DNA of 64,000 nucleotides from assembly GCA_964016885.1 (NCBI GenBank), contig OZ024741.1:49538001-49602000 (forward strand), written 5' to 3'. Below, piece by piece: positions 1 through 11,593 of this stretch; position 1 is the first letter of the stretch, and every line of letters starts with the position of its first letter. A program made the translations under genes and the position numbers. The DNA comes from Eledone cirrhosa. Lineage: Eukaryota. The notes beneath the pieces were generated by a model that was not told the origin of the DNA, ran no database searches, and saw only the letters and a list, made by a program, of their open reading frames with translations.

Positions 1-210
1 TGGAATAGAATAGAAAGAACTAGGAATAAGGCTAATAGAATAAACTCATGGTATGATAGCAATAAATACCAGAGTGTAATGTTCATCGATACAACCCCTA
101 GAGGTGAATTAGCTTACAAATTTAAAAGGGCCCTAGATAAACATAAACTCAATATTAAGATAGTAGAAAGACCAGGTACCTCCATAAAAACACTTATTAG
201 CAAGACGTAT
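1..210 (+). mobile_element. Penelope-like element ORF fragment (RT-EN linker), interrupted by an RTE insertion
   Basis: Frame 1 reads WNRIERTRNKANRINSWYDSNKYQSVMFIDTTPRGELAYKFKRALDKHKLNIKIVERPGTSIKTLISKTY, clearly homologous to SWNSLDRARHKIGKATSWYDNQRYQSVMFVDATLGG...KIKVVEKPGTTIKSLISNTY of the PLE ORF at 14790-15863. Confidence 0.85.
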
Positions 211-1838
211 CAGTAGAAGTATCTAGCTAAAAGTAAACCCCTATACTTAGCTTTTGTCGACTTGGAGAAAGCCTTTGACAGAGTCCCCCGTTCCATTATC
301 TGGTGGGCTCTTAGAAAACTAGGTGTTGACGAATGGTTTGTGAGAGCTATACAAGCCATGTATAAAGAAACAGTCAGCAAGGTTGGAATTAACAACGAAT
401 ATAGTGAAGAGTTTAGCGTAAAAGTTGGCGTCCATCAGGGCTCTGTTCTCAGCCCCCTACTATTTATTATTGCCCTTCAGGCTATAACAGAGGAGTTCAA
501 GACCGGCTGCCCATGGGAACTCCTATACGCAGATGACCTAACACTCATAGCTGAATCAATGGCCGAGCTAGAGAAGAAATTCCAAGCATGGAAGCACGGC
601 CTAGAAACAAAAGGCCTTAAAATTAACCTGACTAAGACTAAAGTTCTAGTTTGTAAGAAAGAAAATAAGGCGGCGGTCCCTTCCGGGAAATGGCCATGCT
701 CAGTGTGTAGGAAAGGTGTAGGTAGAAACTCCATTTTGTGTCCAAATGCAAAGATTGGGTGCATAAAAGATGTAGTGGGATCACAGGTAAGCTAACTAAG
801 AACATAGATTTTACATGTGGCCGGTGCTCTGGTGCAATAAGTAGCAGCAAGTGCCCACAAAATACTAGCTCTTTCAACTGCGCAGAGTGTCCTATAGAAA
901 TAGTGGACAGCTTCCATTACCTGGGTGACAAAATCAGCAGTGGGGGAGGGTGCTCTGAAAGTACAGTAGCTAGAGTCAGAACTGGATGGAAAAAGTTCAG
1001 AGAGCTTATACCACTATTAGCCGCTAAAGGGTTCTCCCTAAAAATGAAAGGCAGGTTGTATGATGCCTGTATACGAACAGCAATGTTGCATGGCAGTGAG
1101 ATCTGGGCATTGTGTGCAGAGGATATACGCAGACTAGAGAGGAACGAAGCTTGCATGCTCCGCTGGATGTGTAATAGTAATATACGTGAACGGCAAAGCA
1201 TAAACGAACTAAGGAAAAAATTAGAAATAAGAGGGATCAGATGTTGTTTATTCGAGAGAAGGCTACGTTGGTATGGTCACGTGATGCACATGAAAGACGA
1301 TAGCTGCATAACAAAGTGCAGGGCAATAAAGATAGACGGTAGCCACGGAGTAGGCAGACCCAGAAAAACCTGGGACGAGCTGATAAATTCCGACCTCACA
1401 CACTTACACCTCTCCAAGACAATGTCACTGGACCGAGACCTTTGGCGGTACTCAGTAATAGAGAAGACCCGCCTTACCTAAATACAAAGTAAAACCTACT
1501 ACAGTCAATAGGCATCTCTAACAAAATACACCCCTGTCCCACCACCCCTTTCAATGTAAAGTTATGTTGGTGCCACAACATCCAGACCGAAACAAATGAG
1601 ATCGTGTAGGTGTCACGACAAAAAATCACACAATCCACGTTGTAATGTGGCCGTGTAGGCAACACGGTAAAAACCTCCCAGCCCCACACTGTAAATGTGG
1701 TTGGTGTTAGGAAGGGCATCCAGCTGTGAAAACCCGCCAGACAGTCCTATGCGAGCAAGACAATCACTCTTGCCTCAAGTGGGAAAACCCTCGTCCAAAC
1801 CCATGCAAGCGTGGAACACGGACGTTGATGATGATGAT
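211..1838 (+). mobile_element. RTE-clade LINE, subfamily A, 5'-truncated, frameshift near 745
   Basis: RT motifs [26 protein letters not shown] and C-terminal [15 protein letters not shown]; 3' UTR ends in a (GAT)n tail. Confidence 0.95.
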
Positions 1839-2006
1839 ATATATATACATATATATATATATACATACATATATATATATATATATATACATCTATATAT
1901 ATATATACATCTATACATATATATACATATATATACATATATATATATACATATATATATACATATATATATACATATATATATATATGTATACATATAT
2001 ATATAC

Positions 2007-2039
<33 letters not shown>

Positions 2040-2094
2040 CAAATATATATATATATACACATATATATATATATACACATATATATATATATAC

Positions 2095-2168
<74 letters not shown>
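1837..2168. repeat. (TA)n/(TACA) microsatellite
   Basis: Directly visible. Confidence 0.97.
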
Positions 2169-2170
<2 letters not shown>

Positions 2171-2239
2171 AGAAAAAGGGATGAAATCGAAAATGCAACT
2201 GAAGTCTTATTTTTTTTTAAAATATATATATTTATTTGG

Positions 2240-2944
2240 TACCCACTATTACTAATAAATAATGGAATAGAAAGGGCTAAAGCAATAGGCATTGATGAAT
2301 TACGGAAACAGAAACAAATTCAGGGTACGTCCAATATTCTATCATATATCTCAACACCCAACCCAAGAAATGCGGAAGCTTACAACACTATTCACAATAA
2401 CATCCCACTACTAAAACAAAACCCAAGAATGAAAAAAGCCCTTGAAACACACAAAATAATCAAAAGCAAAAGACAACCAAAATCACTGAAAACATTACTC
2501 ACCAATGCCAAATTACCTACCACAAACCCACAACCAAGTATCAAAAAATGTGGTCGCTCTAATTGTGGAACCTGCACTCACCTCATTGAAGGCAACACGT
2601 ATACATTTAAATCAGGACAAAATTTTACTGTAAAAAATCACTTCACTTGCTCATCAAAAAATCTACTTTATGCCATTAAATGTAAAGGATGCAATGAAGA
2701 TTATATAGGACAAACTAAACTCACACTCAGAAACAGAATGACAGTTCATCGCCAACAATTACGAGATCCAACCACGAGACAGATACCACTAAGTGCACAT
2801 CAAGACATTTGCGCAAGTAATAAGACACCCAAATTCCAAGTCTTCCCATTTTACCTTTGCGCTAACAATACAACAGAACAAATGCGAATAAATAAGGAAA
2901 ATATGTTTATTCAAAAATATAGACCAACATTAAATAAGGTTTAA
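2240..2944 (+). pseudogene. PLE ORF 3' part: RT thumb end, Cys-rich linker and GIY-YIG endonuclease
   Basis: Open from [14 protein letters not shown]; CGRSNCGTC linker, FTCSSKNLLYAIKC..DYIGQT..LRNRMTVH..E..FI...P.LN GIY-YIG motifs; C-terminal EN as in Neptune-type PLEs. Confidence 0.88.
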
Positions 2945-3986
2945 TATACATTATGTCAACACCACAATATGACATACACACACACACATAACACCTTCTA
3001 CTTTAGAAAATAAAAACCCGAACTAAATTAGCCTTAAACATACGTTTGCACTGGCAATACAACAGCAAACACGAAAAAGTCAGGAAAATATGTTCATTCA
3101 AAAATATTCCTACTAAAGGAATCATTTTCCTACACACACACATACACACACACACAATATATATATATATATTCTCTTCATCTTAACATGCTAACCATAC
3201 TCCCACACACATAACACCCATACACACACATAACAACCCCCACACCTACAACACCCTCCCCATTTCTACTAATAGAACCACTTTCCTACACACATATATA
3301 TATACACACACACAAAATATATATTCTCTCTATCTAACATACTCGCACACACACACATAACACCCATATACACACACACACAACTCCCTCCCCCATCTCT
3401 ACTAATAGAATCATCTTCCAATACACACATACACACACACACACACACATATACACACATATACACACACACAAGCACACAAATAAACACATATCTTCAG
3501 TCTCAATAGAAAATCTGAACTCTGACACCTGAACTCTGACAGCTGCCCATATTCACTGAACCAGAACATTTCTCCCAATCCCTTTTCCCTTGACCACTAT
3601 CTCTCCATTGTCATAACATTCACTATAAAGACTACAGAATAGTTTTCCAAATAAGGGCGCAAAAATGTAATGAAAACTTGTTCACGTGACAGCCAAATTT
3701 CATTTATAACCAACCCCAAAAAAGCCTTAGTGAGCCTCATTTTTTCAAGTAAAAAGAAATTCAAACACTCATATATGAAAAAACAACCTGTGACAACCCC
3801 CCCCCCTCTCTTATTTGAAGAACTATTGTAACGCGAACTGGCGCGAAATTTATTATAATTATTGACAAACCAATCAAATTACTTCTCGAAAAACCTGGTT
3901 TTCGAGCCACTTTTTCCATATAAAACAAGTAACATTTAGAGACCAACCAGATGTTAGAAAAACCACAGACCCTCCATCTCAACTCA

Positions 3987-4024
3987 CCTTTTGAAAAGCA
4001 GAAGAACTGCGAAACCGGTAAAGG
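3987..4024 (+). ncRNA. Minimal type-I hammerhead ribozyme with U3-A8 variant core
   Basis: CCTT-TTGAAAA-GCAG(AAGAA)CTGC-GAAA-CCGG-TA-AAGG: stem I CCTT/AAGG, stem II, palindromic stem III. Confidence 0.8.
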
Positions 4025-4162
4025 AACCAAATAAATATATATATTTAAAAAAAAAATAAGACTTCAGTTGCATTTTCGATTTCATCCCTTTTTCTTTATA
4101 CTTCCACTCGTGTAGGACACCTCGGTTATTTTTCATTTTGTAAAAAAAAACCTCACTTTCTA

Positions 4163-4170
4163 ATATATAC

Positions 4171-4203
<33 letters not shown>

Positions 4204-4212
4204 CATATATAT

Positions 4213-4243
<31 letters not shown>

Positions 4244-4586
4244 CATATATATATACATACATATATATATATATATATACATATATATATACATACATAT
4301 ATATATATATATACATATATATATACATATATATATACATATATATATATACATATATATATACATATATATATACATATATATATACATATATATATAT
4401 ATATATGTATACACATATATATATACATATATATATATATGTATACACATATATATGTATACATATATATATATATATGTATATATATAATATATATATA
4501 CATATATATATATGTATACATATATATATGTATACATATATATATGTATACATAATTATATGTATACATATATATGTATACAAATA
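4163..4586. repeat. (TA)n-derived microsatellite
   Basis: Directly visible. Confidence 0.97.
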
Positions 4587-4735
4587 CATTTCGTTTCTGA
4601 ATTTGTTTAGCAAGATTCTTTATCTTAAAACGTGTGTTGAAACCGATATTGTTATACTTTGGGAGGGTCATGTTGCCAATAAGAAACACACGCACCAGTT
4701 GCTTTCACTTCAATTTATTATAATAAATTTATAAA
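4587..4735 (-). mobile_element. PLE pseudo-LTR fragment (same family as 7501-7886 and 10228-10580)
   Basis: Near-identical to 7501-7650; reverse complement of the sequence downstream of the HHR at 10392. Confidence 0.75.
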
Positions 4736-5330
4736 TTCTGTATGACTTGGTTAACTATCCGGGTGACCATGGTGTGTCCCACCGTACCAGATGCCTTCAG
4801 CATCTCAGCAACTATTTCCGAAGGCTCAGCCGCCTTACCCGTCTTCATATCTTTGATTGCCTTACTTATTATACTACCCTCGACTAACACTGCTGGTCCC
4901 TCTATTGGGTCGATGTGGGGGAGACTGTCTTTCTCCTCATTTAGTAGCCTTTCGTAGTGACACTTCCAAGCTACCTTCTTATCAGCGTCGGTGATGGCAA
5001 GTACGCCGTCATAATTAAGTACACACTTCTCCCCGACAATATCACTGTTTTCCTTGACACATTGCCTAGCAATCCTGAACACCTCACGTTTTTGGTCCTC
5101 ATGTTGTAGAACATGCTTGAACTTTCTTTCTTCTGCTTCCCTTCTTGCAAAGTACACCCGTCTCCTAGCTTCCCTCCTGGCCACTTGATAGTCTTCTCTA
5201 CTTCCCCCATCCCGCCATACTTTCCAAGCCTGCTTTTTGGCCTTAATTGACCCCTCCACCTTACTGTTCCACCACCATGTTACTCTCCTCCTGCCTACAG
5301 GCCTGCTCCAGCCACAGACTTTGTCTGGCA
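4735..5330 (-). mobile_element. Inverted 5' segment of an RTE subfamily A copy
   Basis: ORF 4729-5331 (-) with TWWWN..KKQAWK..GEKCV matches the pre-RT region of the other RTE copies. Confidence 0.9.
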
Positions 5331-7040
5331 ATCAAAGATATGAAGACGGGTAAGGCGGCTGGGCCTTCGGAAATATTTGCTGAGATGCTGAAAGCCTCTG
5401 GAACGGTGGGACACACCATGGTCACCCTGATAGTAAACCAAGTCATACAGAATGGGGTTGTTCCGAAGGACTGGCACAGCAGCATCATCATTAACTGTTA
5501 CAAGGGTAAAGGAGATGCCCTAGATAGGTGTAACTATAGAGGCATTAAATTAATCGACCAGGTCATGAAGGTCACGGAAAAAGTAATAGCGCAACTAATC
5601 AGAGAGAGAATTGACCTAGATGAAATGCAGTTCGGGTTTGTGTCAGGCAAAAATACCACAGACGCTCTTTTCATTGTACGACAACTCCAGGAGAAGTACC
5701 TAGCTAAAAGTAAACCCCTATACTTAGCTTTTGTTGACTTGGAGAAAGCCTTCGACAGAGTCCCCCGTTCCATTATCTGGTGGGCTCTTAGAAAACTAGG
5801 TGTTGACGAATGGCTTGTGAGAGCTATACAAGCCATCTATAAAGAAACAGTCAGCAAGGTTAGAATAAACAACGAATATAGTGAAGAGTTTAGCGTAAAA
5901 GTTGGTGTCCATCAGGGCTCTGTTCTTAGCCCCCTACTATTTATTATTGTAGTGGGAACACAGGTAAGCTAACTAAGAACATAGATTTTACATGTGGCCG
6001 GTGCTCTGGTGCAATAAGTAGCAGCAAGTGCTCACAAAATACTAGCTCTTTCAATTGCGCAGAGGGTTCTATAGAAATAGTGGGCAGCTTCCGTTACCTG
6101 GGTGACAAAATCAGCAGTGGGGGAGGGTGCTCTGAAAGTACAGTAGCTAGAGTCAGAACTGGATGGAAAAAGTTCAGAGAGCTTATACCACTATTAGCCG
6201 CTAAAGGGTTATCCCTAAAAATGAAAGGCAGGTTATATGATGCCTGCATACGAACAGCAATGCTGCATGGCAGTGAGACCTGGGCATTGTGTGCAGAGGA
6301 TATATGCAGACTAGAGAGGAACGAAGCTTGCATGCTCCGCTGGATATGTAATAGTAATACACGTGAACGGCTAAGCATAAACGAACTAAGGAAAAAATTA
6401 AAAATAAGAGGGATCAGATGTTGTTTACTCGAGAGAAGGCTACGTTGGTATGGTCACGTGATGCGCATGAAAGACGACAGCTGTATAACAAAGTGCAGGG
6501 CAATAAAGATAGACGGTAGCCACGGAGTAGGCAGACCCAGAAAAACCTGGGACGACATGATAAATTCCGACCTCACACACTTACACCTCTCCAAGACAAT
6601 GTCACTGGACCGAGACCTTTGGCGGTACTCAGTAATAGAGAAGACCCGCCTTACCTAAATACAAAGTAAAACCTACTACAGTCAGTAGGCATCTCTAACA
6701 AAATACACCCCCGTCCCACCACCCCCACCCCATCCACACCGCCCCTTTCAATGTAAAGTTATGTTGGTGCCACAACATCCAGGCCGAAACAAATGAGATC
6801 GTGTAGGTGTCACGACAAAAAAACACACAGTCCACGCTCTAATGTGGCCGTGTAGGCAACACGGTAAAAACCTTCCAGCCCCACACTGTAAATGTGGTTG
6901 GTGTTAGGAAGGGCATCCAGCTGTAGAAAACCCGCCAGACAGTCCTATGCGAGCAAGATAATCACTCTTGCCTCAAGTGGGACTACCCCCGTCCAAACCC
7001 ATGCAAGCATGGAACACGGACGTTAAACGTTGATGATGAT
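5327..7040 (+). mobile_element. RTE subfamily A, 3' segment with about 300-bp internal deletion removing YADD
   Basis: NYRGIKL, QFGF, DLEKAFD, QGSVLSP, then a jump at about 5950 to TGTAGTGGG (471 to 771 in the first copy); (GAT)n tail. Confidence 0.93.
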
Positions 7041-7138
7041 ATGTATATATATAAGTATATATATATATATATGTATATATATATGTATATATATTGGTAT
7101 GTATATATATATATATGTATATATATATGTATATATAT

Positions 7139-7176
<38 letters not shown>

Positions 7177-7252
7177 GTATATATATATGTATATATATAT
7201 GTATATATATATACATATATATACATATACATATATATACATATACATATAC

Positions 7253-7306
<54 letters not shown>

Positions 7307-7471
7307 GTATATATATATATGTATATATATATATGTATATATATATACATATATATATATATACATATATATATATACACATATATATATATACATATAT
7401 ATACATATACATATATATAAATATACATATATATACATATATACATATATATATATATGTATATATATATG

Positions 7472-7500
<29 letters not shown>
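7040..7500. repeat. (TA)n-derived microsatellite
   Basis: Directly visible. Confidence 0.97.
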
Positions 7501-7502
<2 letters not shown>

Positions 7503-7882
7503 TTCGTTTCTGAATTTGTTTAGCAAGATTCTTTATCTGAAATCGTATGTTGAAACCGATATTGTTATACTTTGGGAGGGTCATGTTGCCAATAAGAAAC
7601 ACACGCACCAGTTGCTTTCACTTCAATTTATTATATATTTATAAATTTATAAATTTACAAATCTACAAACTTATAAATTTCTGAAGAAGTCACAGAGTGT
7701 GTGACGAAAGGACTATGACTACATATAAACAACTATCTGGTTGTGGAACCAACCAACCAACCAGAAATTTATAAGTTTGTAGATTTATAAATTTATAAAT
7801 TTATAAATATATAATAAATTGAAGTGAAAGCAACTGGTGCGTGTGTTTCTTATTGGCAACATGACCCTCCCAAAGTATAACA

Positions 7883-7886
<4 letters not shown>
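7501..7886. mobile_element. Fold-back PLE pLTR remnant (about 125-bp inverted arms around an HHR)
   Basis: About 7558-7682 is the reverse complement of about 7763-7886; loop contains an HHR core. Confidence 0.8.
7681..7720 (+). ncRNA. Hammerhead ribozyme core, 5' strand of stem I lost to the inversion
   Basis: CTGAAGA-A-GTCAC(AGAGTGT)GTGAC-GAAA-GGAC-TA-TGACT; same family as 10392-10434. Confidence 0.7.
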
Positions 7887-7917
<31 letters not shown>

Positions 7918-7970
7918 CATATATATATATATACATATATATACATATACATATATATACATATATATAC

Positions 7971-8026
<56 letters not shown>

Positions 8027-8210
8027 GTATAAATATGTTTATATGTATATATATATGTATATATATGTATGTATATATGTATATATGTATATGTATATAT
8101 ATGTATATGTATATATATATATGTATATATATATATATGTATATGTATATATATGTATATATATATGTATATGTACATATATGTATATGTATATATGTAT
8201 ATATATATGT

Positions 8211-8245
<35 letters not shown>

Positions 8246-8293
8246 TGTATATATATACATATGTATATGTACATATATGTATATATGTATATA

Positions 8294-8338
<45 letters not shown>

Positions 8339-8349
8339 GTACATATATG

Positions 8350-8380
<31 letters not shown>

Positions 8381-8460
8381 GTATATGTACATATATGTAT
8401 ATATATATATATATGTATATATATATGTATATGTAGATATATGTATATATATGTATATAT
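7884..8460. repeat. (TA)n/(TATG)n microsatellite
   Basis: Directly visible. Confidence 0.97.
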
Positions 8461-8522
8461 ATATGTAAGTATGCATGTATACATACATACATATATGTAT
8501 ACAGACGTACAGTAGCATGCAC

Positions 8523-8561
<39 letters not shown>

Positions 8562-9059
8562 CATACCGAAAACGATAAATTTATCGTTCTCGGTATGGCT
8601 GACCGATTTAACTCACTCAATATGCAAATTAGGCTGCTCAGCCGTTAATTTTCATAAGGAAAGTATATACTTTCGAACGTTCAACTATCTGGCAGATGGG
8701 TAAACGGTGCTGATGATAGCTAACAAGCTTGAAACTAGTACATCGTTCCTGTGTCAGTGTTGAACAAAAAGGTGACGTGGTTGCCTTAACACCGTATGGC
8801 ATAAATTCAGGCTGTTCAGTTTGTTTACAAACGAACAAAGCGACGTTATAATAAGCGCCGCTAAACTGATACGTACATATATGTATGTGTACCTGTATGC
8901 ATATGTATGTATATATGTATATATATATATATATGTGCATGCTACTGTACGTCTGTATACATATATGTATGTACGTATACATGCATACTTACATTTAAGT
9001 AAGTGCCATACTAAGAGTGAGAAATGAAATTTCGTTTTCATTTTGTTTCAATTTATATA

Positions 9060-9060
<1 letters not shown>
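8460..9060 (+). mobile_element. ORF-less HHR-bearing module (PLE pLTR-like) with inverted terminal duplication
   Basis: About 8463-8525 is inverted relative to about 8933-8994; hairpin at 8562-8597; HHR at 8703-8747. Confidence 0.65.
8703..8747 (+). ncRNA. Minimal type-I hammerhead ribozyme
   Basis: AACGGTG-CTGATGA-T-AGCT(AACA)AGCT-T-GAAA-CTAG-TA-CATCGTT: 7-bp stem I, palindromic stem III. Confidence 0.85.
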
Positions 9061-9790
<730 letters not shown>

Positions 9791-9791
<1 letters not shown>

Positions 9792-9936
9792 ACGAAGGAA
9801 ATGTGGTAAGGAACCAGGTGGACCATAACGCACCAAAGTACTCAATACTTGGGGTAGTAGAGTGGGTAATAGGAACCAGTAAGACCCCGAGCCGTCGAAA
9901 CGGCTTGAGCTCAGCCGTCGGGGTCTTACTGGTTCC

Positions 9937-9939
<3 letters not shown>
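9791..9939. mobile_element. Fold-back pLTR-like remnant with the 3' half of an HHR
   Basis: Perfect 22-bp inverted repeat 9869-9890/9918-9939 enclosing GAAA-CGGCT(TGAGCTC)AGCCG-TC; related sequence at 30175-30240 (-). Confidence 0.6.
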
Positions 9940-9997
<58 letters not shown>

Positions 9998-10228
9998 TTA
10001 TATATATGTATTTATATATATGTATATATATATATGTATATATATATATGTATATATATATATGTATATATATATATGTATATATATATATGTATATATG
10101 TATATATATATATGTATATATATATATGTATATATATATGTATATATATATATGTATATATATATATGTATATATATATGTATATATATATGTATATATA
10201 TATGTATATATATGTATATATATATATA
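9940..10228. repeat. (TA)n/(TATG)n microsatellite
   Basis: Directly visible. Confidence 0.97.
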
Positions 10229-10580
10229 TTTCGTTTCTGAATGTAAATAAACAAATAAATAAATGAACATAAACACACACAGATACCCGGATGTGGCGCA
10301 TGCGCAGACTGAGCACACAACACACACACAGAAACATAATGGCGTAGGACAGAACAAAGGAGAGGCACAAAAACAAAGAAAGGAATCCCCAGTCACTGAA
10401 GAGGTCACAGAGTGTGTGACGAAAGAACTATGACAATATATACACAACTATCTGGTTGTGGAACCAACCAACCAACCAGAAATTTTTAAATTTATAAATT
10501 TATTATAATAAATTGAAGTGAAAGCAACTGGTGCGTGTGTTTCTTATTGGCAACGTAACCCTCCCAAAGTATAACAATAT
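10228..10580 (+). mobile_element. PLE 3' UTR/pLTR fragment
   Basis: Contains an HHR; shares a GCGCATGCG motif and a CCCTCCC-AAGTATAAC-like motif with the 3' region of the PLE at 14310-15905; begins with a 15-bp inverted pLTR end. Confidence 0.75.
10392..10434 (+). ncRNA. Minimal type-I hammerhead ribozyme
   Basis: GTCA-CTGAAGA-G-GTCAC(AGAGTGT)GTGAC-GAAA-GAAC-TA-TGAC. Confidence 0.78.
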
Positions 10581-11112
10581 ATATGTATATGTAATATAGG
10601 TTAACACAAATCAATATATTTGATAAACACAAATTTCCTCATATTTATGTTTGTATTGTAAATGACCAAGTTAGCTAGATAGAAATATACTAATAATAAT
10701 ATTACAGTTTGCCTATCATGACTTAAGATAATACATCATAAATCAACAAAAACAAATTGTACTGGCAATGGCCGTAGTGCTTGGACAAATTTAAATTTCA
10801 AAATCAAACCTGTTCCGTAGACAGGTTTAAACCCTAAAATCCAAATATGTTTCGAAAAAATGAAAAAGTGGAAGAAAATACCGCATTTTGATCTCCTCAG
10901 CAAGCACTATAAAAATTGGTATGTTCTACTTCAAAATATTTAGGAAGACTGTTTAGCACACGAGGTTATCTCATGCTGTTATCCAGTGTCTAGCTAGCCT
11001 CATACTTGTGCTGCTAGAAATAACAGCCGTTTGTATGGGGCTAAAATCAGCTCAACGAAGGAGCAGTGAAAAATCAATAATAATGAGTTCAAATCTCAGG
11101 CGATCATTTACA

Positions 11113-11159
11113 ATGTATATGTATATATATATGTATATGTATATATATATATGTATATG

Positions 11160-11190
<31 letters not shown>

Positions 11191-11329
11191 GTGTATATGT
11201 ATATATATATGTGTATATGTATATATATATGTATATATATATATATGTATATATATATGTATATATATATATGTATATATGTATATGTATATATATATAT
11301 GTATATATATATATATGTATATATATATG

Positions 11330-11378
<49 letters not shown>

Positions 11379-11593
11379 GTATATGTATATATATATATGT
11401 GTATATGTATATATATATGTATATATATATATGTGTATATGTATATATATATATGTGTATATGTATATATATATATGTGTATATGTATATATATATGTGT
11501 ATATGTATATATATATATGTGTATATGTATATACATATGTGTATATGTATATATATAGGTGTATATGTATATATATATATATGTATATATATG
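11113..11593. repeat. (TA)n/(TATG)n microsatellite
   Basis: Directly visible. Confidence 0.97.

Larger units (their letters stand above)
2166..4160 (+). mobile_element. Penelope-like element, 5'-truncated, with inverted partial pLTR (about 2166-2240) and 3' pLTR (about 3750-4160)
   Basis: GIY-YIG ORF; 2166-2240 is the reverse complement of about 4026-4100; hammerhead at 3987-4024; both ends abut TA arrays. Confidence 0.88.
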
